DNA of 63,636 bases, counting the filler. It is 3 parts of 3 records of this genome, joined end to end, with 100 filler letters (N's around TTAATTAATTAA, not from the genome) between each part and the next. Parts side by side here need not be neighbours in the genome. Positions count along the whole stretch, not along the records: positions 22,670 to 53,250 come from SRR2962707_1817; 2 more parts are not named here. One strand, 5' to 3'. Made by a program: the position numbers and the translations under genes. Every line of letters starts with the position of its first letter. Position 1 is the first letter of the stretch. Positions 26,754 through 38,057 of this stretch are shown here, piece by piece. The notes beneath the pieces were generated by a model. That model searched no databases, was not told the DNA's origin, and saw only the letters and a list, made by a program, of their open reading frames with translations.

Positions 26754-27793
26754 TCTATCTTCTCCATTTCTGATAGCAATATATCTGCTGACTTTGACCA
26801 ACTAAATCGAGTTGTATTTACATTTCCACGGAGAATTAAATCTTTCCTTAGTTCTTGTGACTGAAAAATAGTCTCTATTTTTTCTACCAAACTATCTTGA
26901 TCATATGGGTCTATATACATAACACTATCAGACAATACTTCTGGCAAACTTGCGGCATTAGAGGATATTACAGGACATTGATAAGATTGTGCTTCTAATG
27001 GTGGTATACCAAATCCTTCATAGTAAGAAGGAAAAATAAACGCCAAAGCGCCTTTATATAATACTCCTAGTTCTTCATCACTTACTCTACCTAAAAATTC
27101 AACATTAGAGTTTTTATGGTAATTAAAATCATTAGAGAAGTTAGAACTACCCCCTCCTACTATTTTTAACTTTGCACCATTAACATTGGACTTCAAAAAA
27201 GAAGATATTAAAAACGAAAAGTTTTTATGAGGACTTATAGATGAGACAGCCAAAAAATATGGCTCTGTACTACTAACCTCATCCCTTATCTCTTTAAAAG
27301 GAGTTAAACCACAAGGTATCACTACAATCTTTTTTCTTTTTCCTAGAAAGAACTCTATCTCTCTCTTCGAAAATGAGCTAACTGTAAACACAGAAACACT
27401 TCTTTTATATATAATAGGAATCAGTATTTTATATGCATAAAAAAACCTTTTAGAAAAATTATTAGGAAATCTAAAAAAAGCCATATCATGAATAAAAACA
27501 AAATTTCCATTGAAAAATAACGGCGCAGTATTACAAAAACTCACAAGCTTAGTTATTCCTTTTACCCACAAGAATAAAGGAAGTGTGATCTGTTCCCAAA
27601 AATGACCTTTTAATCCACTTATTATCTCGACAGGAAGTTCGTATTTTAAGTACTCATCTTTGATATTAGTAGGAGAAAGTATGACAAAATCAATTTTTTT
27701 TACTTTTAACTGTTTACAAACCTCAAGAGCATAGCGCTGAACGCCTGTTATGTCCTGAGTTAGAAAACGACCATTAATATATATTTTATCCAT
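26750..27793 (-). CDS. GT4 glycosyltransferase
   Basis: INGRFLTQ.ITGVQRYA and FPSYYEGFGIPPLEAQ; start placed at ATG 27793. Confidence 0.88.
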   Translation of the reverse strand: MDKIYINGRFLTQDITGVQRYALEVCKQLKVKKIDFVILSPTNIKDEYLKYELPVEIISGLKGHFWEQITLPLFLWVKGITKLVSFCNTAPLFFNGNFVFIHDMAFFRFPNNFSKRFFYAYKILIPIIYKRSVSVFTVSSFSKREIEFFLGKRKKIVVIPCGLTPFKEIRDEVSSTEPYFLAVSSISPHKNFSFLISSFLKSNVNGAKLKIVGGGSSNFSNDFNYHKNSNVEFLGRVSDEELGVLYKGALAFIFPSYYEGFGIPPLEAQSYQCPVISSNAASLPEVLSDSVMYIDPYDQDSLVEKIETIFQSQELRKDLILRGNVNTTRFSWSKSADILLSEMEKIE

Positions 27794-29054
27794 ACGCCCT
27801 ACTATTTTTTTCAAGATTAACTTCATATCTATAAACAAGAAAACCTAAAGAAAAAACATAAAGGCCAATCCCCTCAACAAACAAAGTCAATGATAAAAAC
27901 AAAAACCAAACAAGATATTCTAGATCCTTCCTGTATAGCACTCTACATTTCTTTATAGCTTTAAAAAGAACATAGAAGTAGAAAAAAACAAAAGGCAAGC
28001 CAAAAACTATAATATTATTTAAGAAAAATGACTTCGTACCAATAGCGGAGTCATTTTCAGCCAACAAATAGTTTTGTATTTCTCTATAGCCATCAACATC
28101 CCCCAAAAAACTTTTAGATATGTATATTGCTTCAGGTAAATATGTATGGAATGTCTCTAAAAAACCAAAGTAACCGACTCCAAACGGATGCTCCAACAAA
28201 GATAAAAAAGGGACTAAGATTAATGTACCACGAGTAATAGTTGAGGTATGGCGCTCTAGATCATCAACAAAAAGATTAAACAAAAAGTAAAGCGATATGC
28301 AAAAAACTACTAAGAAAAACCAGAGGTTTTTACTCTTTAAAATTTTAAAATTCAAATAAAAAACCATTATAACAGAGATCAAACAACAAATAACTCCTCC
28401 TTTAGACCCAATAAGAAAGGATAAGAAAAAAATAACAACAAAATCAAACATTCGCATTTGCCTTTTAGCTAGACAAACATAGCAAATGTAGAGGGTAATC
28501 AAAGAAACAGATAACATACTAGGTTCATAAGAAAAGCCTCTAGGCCTTTCTCTATCTATGAAATCAACATGAAAAAAACCTGAACTAAAAAATGAAAAAC
28601 CAAAAAAATCAACTAAAAAGACACCTAAAAAACATATAAAAAATGAGAAAAAAACTAAAAATGAGAACTTTAAACACAACAACTTTTCATTAAATAAAAA
28701 CAGGCATGGTGAAAATAAAAAAAGATTCAAAATAAAAAGATTCCTTCCTTTCTCCATAGCAGACCTACCATAAACAACCGCATCATGATAAAAAAGGAAA
28801 GATATCAAATTTATAAAAACAACATAAGAAAGAATAAGAAAAGCCTTTCTACTTAAACCAAATTTAACAACAGAAAAAAACGAGAACAGTGCTACAAATA
28901 AAAAAGCAGGAGAACGCCCCAAATACCTCAGAGAGCTCTGTGACAATAGAGTATCTTGAAAAGGTATAAGGAAAATAAAAAAATAAAGAAATGAAAAAAG
29001 AAAGAAGTAGTCAACCCTCTTACCATATAGAGGATCATTTACTTTATTAACCAT
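27786..29054 (-). CDS. wzy: Probable Wzy polysaccharide polymerase
   Basis: Very hydrophobic Phe-rich multi-TM protein with RPRGFSYEPS and HPFGVG loop motifs; located in a Wzx cluster. Confidence 0.7.
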   Translation of the reverse strand: MVNKVNDPLYGKRVDYFFLFSFLYFFIFLIPFQDTLLSQSSLRYLGRSPAFLFVALFSFFSVVKFGLSRKAFLILSYVVFINLISFLFYHDAVVYGRSAMEKGRNLFILNLFLFSPCLFLFNEKLLCLKFSFLVFFSFFICFLGVFLVDFFGFSFFSSGFFHVDFIDRERPRGFSYEPSMLSVSLITLYICYVCLAKRQMRMFDFVVIFFLSFLIGSKGGVICCLISVIMVFYLNFKILKSKNLWFFLVVFCISLYFLFNLFVDDLERHTSTITRGTLILVPFLSLLEHPFGVGYFGFLETFHTYLPEAIYISKSFLGDVDGYREIQNYLLAENDSAIGTKSFFLNNIIVFGLPFVFFYFYVLFKAIKKCRVLYRKDLEYLVWFLFLSLTLFVEGIGLYVFSLGFLVYRYEVNLEKNSRAYG

Positions 29055-29944
29055 TTCATTTCCCTTCCAGTCAAAAAACGAAAAAAATCACCAGCCACAA
29101 AAAACATTCTCTTCCCTAAAAACCTCATAAGAAAAAACTTCAAATAGGTTTTAGAAAGATCTTTAAACCTTATCATTACCGGGACTTTTATATCGAGAAT
29201 ATCATTTATTTTGACCAATTCATCATACATTTTAATTATGTTTTTAGGATTTGTTGACACCCCCCCTAAAGGCATTCGGTCTATTAAAAAATCAAGGTAT
29301 AGTGGATCTTTATATAAAACACTGCTAAGAACAATATAGGAATCACCTGCAATATCAAATTGAGTAAAATCTATGTTCTTAAATATACTTTTGTGATGAT
29401 AAACTTCAGGATGTACTGGCAAGGCAGGGCGAATCCCAAACCATTTACCTTTCATCGATTCCCAAGGTATAGCAATTTTCTCAATCGTTACTCGATTTTG
29501 TTCACTAATTAGTTCAATTTGACCGTATGCAATTTCATAGGTTGGAAAAGCCCTATCTAAATGGTTAGCCACCCTTTGAAGAATATCGCTATCCGCTAAT
29601 TCATCACCTGCACCAATAAATTGAATCCAGTCTCCTTTTGCGTATTTAAGCGCCTTATTCCAAGCATCATAAATACCTTTATCGGGCTCGCTAAACCAAT
29701 AATCAATCACATCTTCGTTCAGTTTAAATAACTCAACAGATTCATCTTTGGAGCCTCCATCTGCGATGATCCATTGAATATTCGGATAGGTTTGCGACCT
29801 AATAGAATCAAGAGTCCAATGCAAGTCTTTAGCTGCGTTGTAAGTTGAGGTAATGATAGTAATAAGTGGCTGACCAAAAGTACCTTTTTTAGCACCATGT
29901 ATAAGCTCACGGCCGCCTTCAATACGCTTAACAGCATCATTCAC
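29039..29944 (-). CDS. GT2 glycosyltransferase (WcaE/WfgS-like; candidate fucosyltransferase)
   Basis: DGGSKD and [13 protein letters not shown] motifs; follows fcl; likely GTG start overlapping the fcl stop (GTGA). Confidence 0.8.
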   Translation of the reverse strand: MNDAVKRIEGGRELIHGAKKGTFGQPLITIITSTYNAAKDLHWTLDSIRSQTYPNIQWIIADGGSKDESVELFKLNEDVIDYWFSEPDKGIYDAWNKALKYAKGDWIQFIGAGDELADSDILQRVANHLDRAFPTYEIAYGQIELISEQNRVTIEKIAIPWESMKGKWFGIRPALPVHPEVYHHKSIFKNIDFTQFDIAGDSYIVLSSVLYKDPLYLDFLIDRMPLGGVSTNPKNIIKMYDELVKINDILDIKVPVMIRFKDLSKTYLKFFLMRFLGKRMFFVAGDFFRFLTGREMKWLIK

Positions 29945-30921
29945 TTTGTGAGCCCTCTTGCATCGACTTGATGAAGCTGAAACCATTCATAAGCATTTTT
30001 TATACCTGATTCTAACTCTATACTAGCCTCCCAACCAAGCTGGCGAAGTCGATCTACATTCATCAGCTTTCTTGGTGCGCCATCAGGTTTACTAGAGTCT
30101 GTTGTAATTATTCCTTTAAAACCTACTACATCGGCAATCGTTTGAGCAACCTCTAGAATAGAACAATCTTTTCCCGTTCCGACATTGATATGACTTTGCA
30201 TTGGGTCAGTATGGCTATCATAGATACCTTTATCCAAATTCATCAGAAAAATACTCGCGGCAGCCATATCATCCACATGTAAAAATTCACGCTTTGGAGA
30301 ACCCGTTCCCCAGATCACAACTTCACTCAAATCAGCTTGTTTTGCTTCATGAATCCGTCGGATTAGAGCAGGTATAACATGGCTGTTTTCTGGATGATAA
30401 TTATCACCAGGGCCATAGAGGTTCGTCGGCATCACGCTGCGGTAATCAACACCATATTGACGATTATAAGACTCACATAGCTTAATTCCGGCTATTTTAG
30501 CAATCGCATAAGGCTCATTCGTTGGTTCTAAATAGCCATTTAATAACGCAGACTCAGCCATAGGCTGCACTGCAAGCTTTGGATAAATACATGAAGACCC
30601 TAAAAACAAAAGTTTTTGTACGCCATGAGCATAAGCTTGATGAATAACATTTGCTTCTATCATTAAGTTTTGATATATAAAATCTGCAGGATAGGTGTTG
30701 TTCGCATAGATACCACCTACTTTAGCTGCAGCCAAATAAACTTCATCAATCCTTTGCTCTGCAAAAAAAGCAACAACCGCGGCTTGATTTGTTAAATCTA
30801 ACTCGTTGGAAGTACGCGTAATAATATTTCGATAACCGTTCGCTTCTAACTGTCGAATAATAGCTGAACCAACCATACCTCGGTGGCCTGCAACAAATAC
30901 ATTGGAATTTAAATCAGACAC
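29941..30921 (-). CDS. fcl: GDP-L-fucose synthase
   Basis: [45 protein letters not shown]. Confidence 0.95.
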   Translation of the reverse strand: MSDLNSNVFVAGHRGMVGSAIIRQLEANGYRNIITRTSNELDLTNQAAVVAFFAEQRIDEVYLAAAKVGGIYANNTYPADFIYQNLMIEANVIHQAYAHGVQKLLFLGSSCIYPKLAVQPMAESALLNGYLEPTNEPYAIAKIAGIKLCESYNRQYGVDYRSVMPTNLYGPGDNYHPENSHVIPALIRRIHEAKQADLSEVVIWGTGSPKREFLHVDDMAAASIFLMNLDKGIYDSHTDPMQSHINVGTGKDCSILEVAQTIADVVGFKGIITTDSSKPDGAPRKLMNVDRLRQLGWEASIELESGIKNAYEWFQLHQVDARGLTK

Positions 30922-32040
30922 TTAATTCTCCTGAGCGACAGGTACTTCATAGCCATTTTCTTTCATGAAGGCATGTTGTTTAGCCTCTTTCAAGTCTTCT
31001 GATACCATTTCGGCACACATTTCTTGAACAGTAGTCATTGGAACCCAACCTAATTTATTTTTGGCATTACTAGGATCACCTAATAGCGTTTCAACTTCTG
31101 CAGGACGGAAGTAACGTGGGTCTACTTTAACAACAACATCACCAACAGAAAGTTTGGGAGCCTTATCACCATGAATAGCACGGATAATTGCAACTTCATT
31201 TACTCCTTCCCCCTTAAATTCAAGCTCTATGCCCAACTCTTCAGCACTCCACTGGATGAATTGACGTACTGAGTATTGGACACCTGTAGCAATAACAAAA
31301 TCTTCAGGCGTTTCTTGTTGGAGCATTAACCACTGCATTTCAACATAGTCTTTCGCGTGCCCCCAATCGCGGAGTGCATCCATATTCCCCATGTATAAAC
31401 AGCTTTCTAGACCTTGAGCGATATTTGCGAGGCCACGGGTAATTTTACGGGTAACAAAGGTTTCACCGCGACGTGGCGATTCGTGATTAAACAAAATGCC
31501 ATTACAAGCGTACATCCCATAACTTTCACGGTAATTGACAGTGATCCAATATGCGTAAAGCTTAGCAACCGCATAAGGGGAACGAGGATAAAAAGGCGTT
31601 GTTTCTTTCTGTGGGATTTCTTGAACCAGACCATATAGTTCAGAAGTTGATGCTTGGTAAAAACGAGTTTTCTTTTCGAGCCCTAAAAAGCGAATGGCTT
31701 CTAATAGTCGTAGAGCTCCCATACCGTCTACATCAGCCGTATATTCTGGCGACTCAAATGAAACAGCCACATGAGATTGCGCACCTAGGTTATAGACTTC
31801 ATCCGGCTGGACTTCTTGCAAAATACGCGTCAAATTTGAGCTGTCAGTCAAATCGCCATAGTGAAGCTTTAGCTTCGGGTTTGGTTCATGAGGGTCTTGA
31901 TATAAATGATCAATACGCTGGGTATTTAGAGACGATGCACGACGCTTGATACCATGAACTTCATAGCCTTTTTTTAATAAAAACTCAGCTAAATAAGAGC
32001 CGTCTTGACCTGTGATACCTGTAATAAGTGCTTTTTTCAT
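30922..32040 (-). CDS. gmd: GDP-mannose 4,6-dehydratase
   Basis: [45 protein letters not shown]. Confidence 0.97.
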   Translation of the reverse strand: MKKALITGITGQDGSYLAEFLLKKGYEVHGIKRRASSLNTQRIDHLYQDPHEPNPKLKLHYGDLTDSSNLTRILQEVQPDEVYNLGAQSHVAVSFESPEYTADVDGMGALRLLEAIRFLGLEKKTRFYQASTSELYGLVQEIPQKETTPFYPRSPYAVAKLYAYWITVNYRESYGMYACNGILFNHESPRRGETFVTRKITRGLANIAQGLESCLYMGNMDALRDWGHAKDYVEMQWLMLQQETPEDFVIATGVQYSVRQFIQWSAEELGIELEFKGEGVNEVAIIRAIHGDKAPKLSVGDVVVKVDPRYFRPAEVETLLGDPSNAKNKLGWVPMTTVQEMCAEMVSEDLKEAKQHAFMKENGYEVPVAQEN

Positions 32041-33215
32041 AACATATCTAGCCGAATATTTTTTTTGATTACATCTATCACCTTTGATGGCGATATACCT
32101 TGAATATCTAAGTTGCTTCCTGATCCATATAACCGAATTCTCTCACCCTCATCCTTAATACTATCCAAAGCATCTGGGTAAATTGGAAAATACCTTTCAG
32201 TTATACTTTGAGGATAAGGGGTAAATCGACCATAATGATTACCATTAGAAACCACAAACACGTTAGTATGTTGTAATGATACGGCGATATGAGGAATACT
32301 TGTCTCATTCGAGAGCAAAACCTTTGAAAAAGATATTAATTCAATAAGCTCTTTTTGAGTCGTCTTGCCAACTAAATTCTGACAACCGTATTTAGTATTC
32401 AATTGAAGTTCTAGCTTCTCACCAGATCTTATGTCATCTTTCCCACCGCATATGACAATATCTACGCCATACTGCTCACTTAAAAAGCTTGCTAAAATAG
32501 AAAAATTCTCGTCAGTCCACTTTCTAAAAGAAGCGCTAGCACCAATAAAAATTAGAGCATAGTTTTTAGGTAATGGAAGACCTGAAGTTTCAGGCTTAGG
32601 AAGAAAGAGCTTAACATCCATTAAATCCTCCCCCATAAACCTGGAAAAAAAATCTTTATTTCTATCAAACTCAAACATTACATTAGAGTTTGACTGATAA
32701 AGTTCCGTATAGTTTAGGCTGCTAACTTTCCGTGAGATAGTACTTTGATTTAGTGTATCACCAAACCATGCAACTTTCTTTTTTGCTGGAATAATTCTAA
32801 TAATATCTTCAAATACACGGCCTTCCCTACTAAAACAAGGGTATAAAATTGAATCTACGTATTCTAAGCAACCAGCAGAGAATAAAAACTTCATTCTATA
32901 TAAAAAGCTTTTCCTGATCAAATCTCTATTTATCAGTATAAGAGAGTCAATAAGATAAGAGTCATAGTATTCACTTAACTCCTTCCATGAAGAGTTACCA
33001 ATCAAAACTATACTAACATTTTCTTTTTTAAGACAAGAAATAAAATCCCTAAATAATATATAATCTCCAATGGCGTCAGGTTTAAAAACAACCACCTTTG
33101 ACTTCTTTTCATCTTTACCACACTTCTTTTTAAAAATCTTTTTCACAAAAAAAACACAACAAAAAGCACAACTAAAAACCAAATCATAATAAAAAACAAC
33201 AAGCTTACTCTTCAT
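32037..33215 (-). CDS. GT9 (heptosyltransferase-like) glycosyltransferase
   Basis: [36 protein letters not shown]. Confidence 0.8.
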   Translation of the reverse strand: MKSKLVVFYYDLVFSCAFCCVFFVKKIFKKKCGKDEKKSKVVVFKPDAIGDYILFRDFISCLKKENVSIVLIGNSSWKELSEYYDSYLIDSLILINRDLIRKSFLYRMKFLFSAGCLEYVDSILYPCFSREGRVFEDIIRIIPAKKKVAWFGDTLNQSTISRKVSSLNYTELYQSNSNVMFEFDRNKDFFSRFMGEDLMDVKLFLPKPETSGLPLPKNYALIFIGASASFRKWTDENFSILASFLSEQYGVDIVICGGKDDIRSGEKLELQLNTKYGCQNLVGKTTQKELIELISFSKVLLSNETSIPHIAVSLQHTNVFVVSNGNHYGRFTPYPQSITERYFPIYPDALDSIKDEGERIRLYGSGSNLDIQGISPSKVIDVIKKNIRLDML

Positions 33216-33238
33216 TCCAACCTCAGTTTTTCTTGAAT

Positions 33239-34024
33239 TTAAAGCTTCGACTTAATATAATCATAATCTTTTTTAAAAAGCTCATCAGATTTTAAAAATT
33301 TATTAAAAATCTTACTACATATACTTCTAAAATATTTATTCTTTATAAAATACATCCTCATAAACCCAATCTTTTCCCGCGAAAAAATATGATAAGAATC
33401 ATTAATCTGGAAATAGTGAAAACCTATTTTTTCAGCTATTGATTTTAAAGTTTTTACTTGAAAAAATGTTATGTGCTGACCTGATTCATAAGAGTAATAC
33501 CACCAATCAGCAGGTGGCATGCTTTCAAAAGTAAGTGTAGAGAAAACAATCAAACTGGGGTCATATTTAGAAATATTTTCTTCAAGAAAAGATACAGGAT
33601 CAACCAAATGCTCCATAACTTCAAAAGCCAAAATAACATCAACATTACTAATGCCTTCAGCATCAAAATCTTTAGCAAAAATATTCTTACAATATTTATC
33701 AAAAGAAAAACAGTTAATCCCCTTATCTCTCAATAACCTAGTTAATACCCCATAACCACCGGCGGCATCAACTACCTTCTCAACCCTAACACCTATAACC
33801 TGTAAAAGGTAAAAAACGAGTGCCGAATTAACATTATTTCGTCCAAGCAATCCAATATCAGTATTAGCAATTGCATCACTATAAGCTTCTTCAAGCCAAA
33901 AAGGCTCTTCTGTTTTAATTAATCCACATCGATTACATTTGAAATATTCGACATTGTATTTATTTAATAATTTCTCTTGAAATATTGACTCTAATTCATA
34001 CGAGTCTATACAGCACTTTAACAT
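33239..34024 (-). CDS. Class I SAM-dependent methyltransferase
   Basis: VDAAGGYG, AFEVMEHL.DP, WWYY..ESGQHITF; N-terminal CxxC. Confidence 0.82.
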   Translation of the reverse strand: MLKCCIDSYELESIFQEKLLNKYNVEYFKCNRCGLIKTEEPFWLEEAYSDAIANTDIGLLGRNNVNSALVFYLLQVIGVRVEKVVDAAGGYGVLTRLLRDKGINCFSFDKYCKNIFAKDFDAEGISNVDVILAFEVMEHLVDPVSFLEENISKYDPSLIVFSTLTFESMPPADWWYYSYESGQHITFFQVKTLKSIAEKIGFHYFQINDSYHIFSREKIGFMRMYFIKNKYFRSICSKIFNKFLKSDELFKKDYDYIKSKL

Positions 34025-34054
34025 ACCACTTTGCCTTTATAGTTTTATAATATA

Positions 34055-34957
34055 TTAATTTTTCAACCAACCCGACAAATCTTTATTTATTACGCTTTCT
34101 AACTCTTTAATATCATCCTTATAGAACTCCAACAAATAACCTCTATCTTCTTTATTTATCCTTTCACTAATCAAATTAGAATCTTTAATTCTCGATTTGA
34201 CTTTTTCCCTAACAGAATCCGAAAAAATCAGTTTTATTAAAGGTTTGAAAAAATTAACAACAGAATTCTCTCCATTGACAATTTCCCTAATAAATTTAAA
34301 TCTAGGTCGACCTGACCTATTAAACCTTTCGTTTAGATCAACGTTTTCAGCCAGACTAGAATCAACATCTAAAAATGAGCAAACATCATCCATCAACCAT
34401 TTAGCTCTTTTTAGATCTTCATAAAAGTAAACCTTTACGTTATCAAAGTTACTTAAATATTCACTTACAGGGTGACTATAGAGTCCGGCTTTTTTAAAAT
34501 GATATGTCCATCCCCAGTTATTTTCAATTCTATATTCTTCTTGATCTAAAGCTTCTCGAAATGATAATTTTTCCCAACCTTCTCTTATATGATGCATATA
34601 ACTTGAAAAAGCTCTATCAGCAGGATTACGAAGCATTATGATAATCTTAATTTTTCTTCCATGAAATTTGAGTATATTTTCTATTGATCTAGAACTATAG
34701 TAAAGGTAATCATTAGATATATCCCCGCAAACCTTATCTTCTTTGCCAGAGAACAAATCCCTAAATTTATTTTCATCTGTAATACCCTCATTCACATAGT
34801 ACTCAGCACCAAGACCTTTAAACCCCTTTTCCAACTGAGAAAAAAATCGACATTCTTTTACTTTAGGTATATATATGTCTGGATGTGAATTTAAATAATT
34901 AAATAAAGAAGTCGTTCCAGATTTTGCAGCACCAACAACAATAAAATCTAATTTCAT
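34055..34957 (-). CDS. PAPS-dependent sulfotransferase
   Basis: 5'-PSB loop GAAKSGTTSL and 3'-PB motif LRNPADRAFS. Confidence 0.9.
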   Translation of the reverse strand: MKLDFIVVGAAKSGTTSLFNYLNSHPDIYIPKVKECRFFSQLEKGFKGLGAEYYVNEGITDENKFRDLFSGKEDKVCGDISNDYLYYSSRSIENILKFHGRKIKIIIMLRNPADRAFSSYMHHIREGWEKLSFREALDQEEYRIENNWGWTYHFKKAGLYSHPVSEYLSNFDNVKVYFYEDLKRAKWLMDDVCSFLDVDSSLAENVDLNERFNRSGRPRFKFIREIVNGENSVVNFFKPLIKLIFSDSVREKVKSRIKDSNLISERINKEDRGYLLEFYKDDIKELESVINKDLSGWLKN

Positions 34958-34966
34958 AAAAACGCT

Positions 34967-35923
34967 CTACAACTTAAAAAACTTCAAGACTAAGTAAATT
35001 TTAATCGCTAAAAACCTATTAAACCTAAACTTAAATGTATTTCTCTTCTCGTTCAAATAAATAGCATCTTTTATATCAGAACCACTGCAGCAAAGACTCA
35101 ATAGAAAAATTACAGAAGAGTTTCGTTTCAAAAAACGTCGGTAGGATTCTTTCACAGCCCACTCTGCATCAGTGCCTTTTGCCTCTTGAAGCATTATATT
35201 AAATAATCTATCCACATCTCGAAATATAACTTTAACTTTATTGTAACTTTTTTTAAAAGCCATTAGAGTAACAATTTTATTATTCGATATTGATAATTTT
35301 TTATCAACTTCATTTTCCCTAAAAAAAGATAACCAAAACGATGAATAAGCGTGAGAGGTCCCAAAAAGAGATTTAAATAATAAATCATCAAACCATTTTT
35401 TCTTTATTAAAATCAAACCAAATGTACATTTATTATACATTTCAAGATAAGCTTCACTTATGCTTGAAAATACGTGTGACTCGCTAAAAATTTCTTTTTC
35501 CTCATTCTTTTCCGTTAACCAAAAACCATTAAAAAGCACTAAATCTTCACCATTATTGATTCTATAGACAACCTCATCTTCAGCCCCAGGTAAAAAACAA
35601 TCATCGTCACCTAATAAAAAAACATATTCTTTTGAAGCCATAAATATTACTTGATACATGTTTTCATCAATAGACAGACGTTTTGATTGTTCGATATATT
35701 TAACATTTCCAAATAGGTTATTATAATACGTTACAACTTTCTCAACCTCAGAGTAGTCCAATTCTGAGTTATTATTAGATATACACACCTCAAAATCAAC
35801 TCTTTCAGAAAAGCTGTCATATATAGAATGAATAGCTTTAATCAAAAGATCTGGCCGATTAAAAGACGGAATACATATACTTAGCACCGAACCCTCCAAA
35901 AAACACGCATCAAAAACAGTCAA
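34967..35923 (-). CDS. GT2 glycosyltransferase (RfbV/WbaV-like; candidate dideoxyhexosyl transferase)
   Basis: LSICIPSFNR, ISNNNS, YVFLLGDDD; adjacent to wzx and the ddh genes. Confidence 0.75.
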   Translation of the reverse strand: MTVFDACFLEGSVLSICIPSFNRPDLLIKAIHSIYDSFSERVDFEVCISNNNSELDYSEVEKVVTYYNNLFGNVKYIEQSKRLSIDENMYQVIFMASKEYVFLLGDDDCFLPGAEDEVVYRINNGEDLVLFNGFWLTEKNEEKEIFSESHVFSSISEAYLEMYNKCTFGLILIKKKWFDDLLFKSLFGTSHAYSSFWLSFFRENEVDKKLSISNNKIVTLMAFKKSYNKVKVIFRDVDRLFNIMLQEAKGTDAEWAVKESYRRFLKRNSSVIFLLSLCCSGSDIKDAIYLNEKRNTFKFRFNRFLAIKIYLVLKFFKL

Positions 35924-35926
35924 AGA

Positions 35927-37210
35927 TCAAAATCTTCTCCACAACAAAGAAGAAAAAGTAAAAAAGAACAATTCTCTACAAAAGAAATAATTAACCACAA
36001 AAGACTGAACTATTTGTGCAATCAAAATAGATATTGGTGCACCAATCAAGCCAACTTTATTAATCAAAAACACATTAAGAAAAACTGATATCATTGCACC
36101 AAGCATGGTTTGAATTAAAATGACATGAGTTTTTTTCTCATTTATAATCCAAATCGTCTGACAACTCCCAACACAGACGGGAAGAAAAGAAAGTAAATGA
36201 ACTAAGAATATATTTCGACTACCATCAAACAAATCGCCATAAAAAAAGGGAATAATATTATAGCCAATAATACCGTATAATATTATTAATGTTATACTTC
36301 CCCACCAGAAAGAAAACATCAACCGTCGATACAGTAAAAAATATTTGGCTTTATTTTCTTTCGAAAGAGAAGCCAATACAGAAGAAAAGCTAACTACAAC
36401 AACTCCTGGAACGAAAAATAAAATCTCTGCAAAATTTGCTCCTACCGAATAAATACCTAAAGCTTTACTACCAAGATAATTATCTATCACCACTACACTA
36501 GATCGCATAAAAAAAACAATAGAAAGACCGGATATCATTAGTGGAAACGAATCTTTCAATATAGCAAGAGCATTATGCCTTTCATTTTTATTTAAGGAAA
36601 AAAAACTAAACCTTACATTATATTTTTTTAAAAAAATACAATATAAAATAACACTAACCAATAAACATTCCAATGGAAAGAAAATCAAATAAAAGACAAC
36701 TCCACCACCAAAAAAGATAACAAAAAACTTAAAAATCGAAACAACAAAATAAACACTGACTTTTGTTATTACTGTAAACTTACTTTTTATCTCACTTTGA
36801 AAAAATAGATCAAAAATATTGCCTATAGATAGCAGCAATCCCAAAGATACAACCGCTATTGATAGAATATCTTTTTCTAAAAAGTACGCAAAAAACAGAC
36901 TAAGAAAAATGCTAATAAGAGCAGAGATAAACCTCAAAGAAAAAACAACACAGAGAACATCCCCTTTATTATCCTTTGATTGACTTAAATCTCTCACGAC
37001 AACTTGATTAAGACCTAAAGAACTTAAGGCATCAAAAAAAGCTATATATGTTATAGCATAGCTTATCTCACCATAGTACTCTGGGCCTAATTTTCTAGCC
37101 AAATAAATATTAATAGCCAACCCTAAAAAAAGTCTAATCAACTTTTCAAATACAAGCCAACCAGAATTAAATATGGACTTGACTATTTTATTATCAACAC
37201 TGATTAACAT
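35927..37210 (-). CDS. wzx: Wzx flippase
   Basis: NSGWLVFEKLIRL..LARKLGPEYYG, multi-TM profile, ALGIYS motif. Confidence 0.88.
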   Translation of the reverse strand: MLISVDNKIVKSIFNSGWLVFEKLIRLFLGLAINIYLARKLGPEYYGEISYAITYIAFFDALSSLGLNQVVVRDLSQSKDNKGDVLCVVFSLRFISALISIFLSLFFAYFLEKDILSIAVVSLGLLLSIGNIFDLFFQSEIKSKFTVITKVSVYFVVSIFKFFVIFFGGGVVFYLIFFPLECLLVSVILYCIFLKKYNVRFSFFSLNKNERHNALAILKDSFPLMISGLSIVFFMRSSVVVIDNYLGSKALGIYSVGANFAEILFFVPGVVVVSFSSVLASLSKENKAKYFLLYRRLMFSFWWGSITLIILYGIIGYNIIPFFYGDLFDGSRNIFLVHLLSFLPVCVGSCQTIWIINEKKTHVILIQTMLGAMISVFLNVFLINKVGLIGAPISILIAQIVQSFVVNYFFCRELFFFTFSSLLWRRF

Positions 37211-38049
37211 TTGAAGCTTTCTTCATATAATTCATAAAGTCCCGAATCCAATTCAATTTTCCTACTCCAACCTAAACCACGCAAAATATCAGTATTCGCA
37301 CAACTATACATAGCTTCATGCTGACGTTTTTTTATTGCTCCGAAATTTATTTCTTTGCTATATCCAGATATTTTACATATTTTTTCCACTAAAGATTTTA
37401 TTTTAATAGGGGTACCACTACCTACATCAATAGATTTTAAGGCCTTCAGATTTTCGAAATTATAAATGATAATTTCTATAGCAGAAACCAAGTCTTCTAT
37501 ATGTATATAATCTCTATACTGCTCACCAGATGTTAAATTCAAATCTTCATTCTCAGAACATATCTGAAAGACATAATTAATAAAAGAGCTTTTGCAACCC
37601 AAACCATAGAACCCTTCTAGGTTCATATTAAGATAGTTTATCATTCCTTCTGATGAGTAATAGTTCAGAATATCTCCAAGCTGATATTTACTCATAGCAT
37701 ATAAATTTATATTTCTAGGCAAACTAGTTCCACAATTAATAAAGTTGACTTCTTTTTCTTTAGAAAGAAAGGCGTCAATAATTTTAATTGGAAAAATAAC
37801 ATTAGATTCAAGAATATCATTTGTAGATTCAAGATTACGTCCATACGAAGTAATCATATTCAGAATGATATCCGGATCAAAATCTATAATTTTTTCTAAC
37901 CAAGACTCGTCATTGTAAATACTTACTACCTTACAGTATGGTGAGTTAAAATCATGTCTAGATAGACCTAATATATCGACACTTATATTAAGAGATCTAA
38001 TCAAATTCTTCCCTAAATAACCACTTGCACCTAATATCAAAATCTTCAT
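37204..38049 (-). CDS. NAD-dependent reductase, CDP-paratose/CDP-abequose synthase-like
   Basis: GASGYLG, YAMSK (YxxxK), LTSGEQYRDYIH; directly follows ddhC. Confidence 0.75.
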   Translation of the reverse strand: MKILILGASGYLGKNLIRSLNISVDILGLSRHDFNSPYCKVVSIYNDESWLEKIIDFDPDIILNMITSYGRNLESTNDILESNVIFPIKIIDAFLSKEKEVNFINCGTSLPRNINLYAMSKYQLGDILNYYSSEGMINYLNMNLEGFYGLGCKSSFINYVFQICSENEDLNLTSGEQYRDYIHIEDLVSAIEIIIYNFENLKALKSIDVGSGTPIKIKSLVEKICKISGYSKEINFGAIKKRQHEAMYSCANTDILRGLGWSRKIELDSGLYELYEESFKC

Positions 38050-38057
38050 AATCTAAA

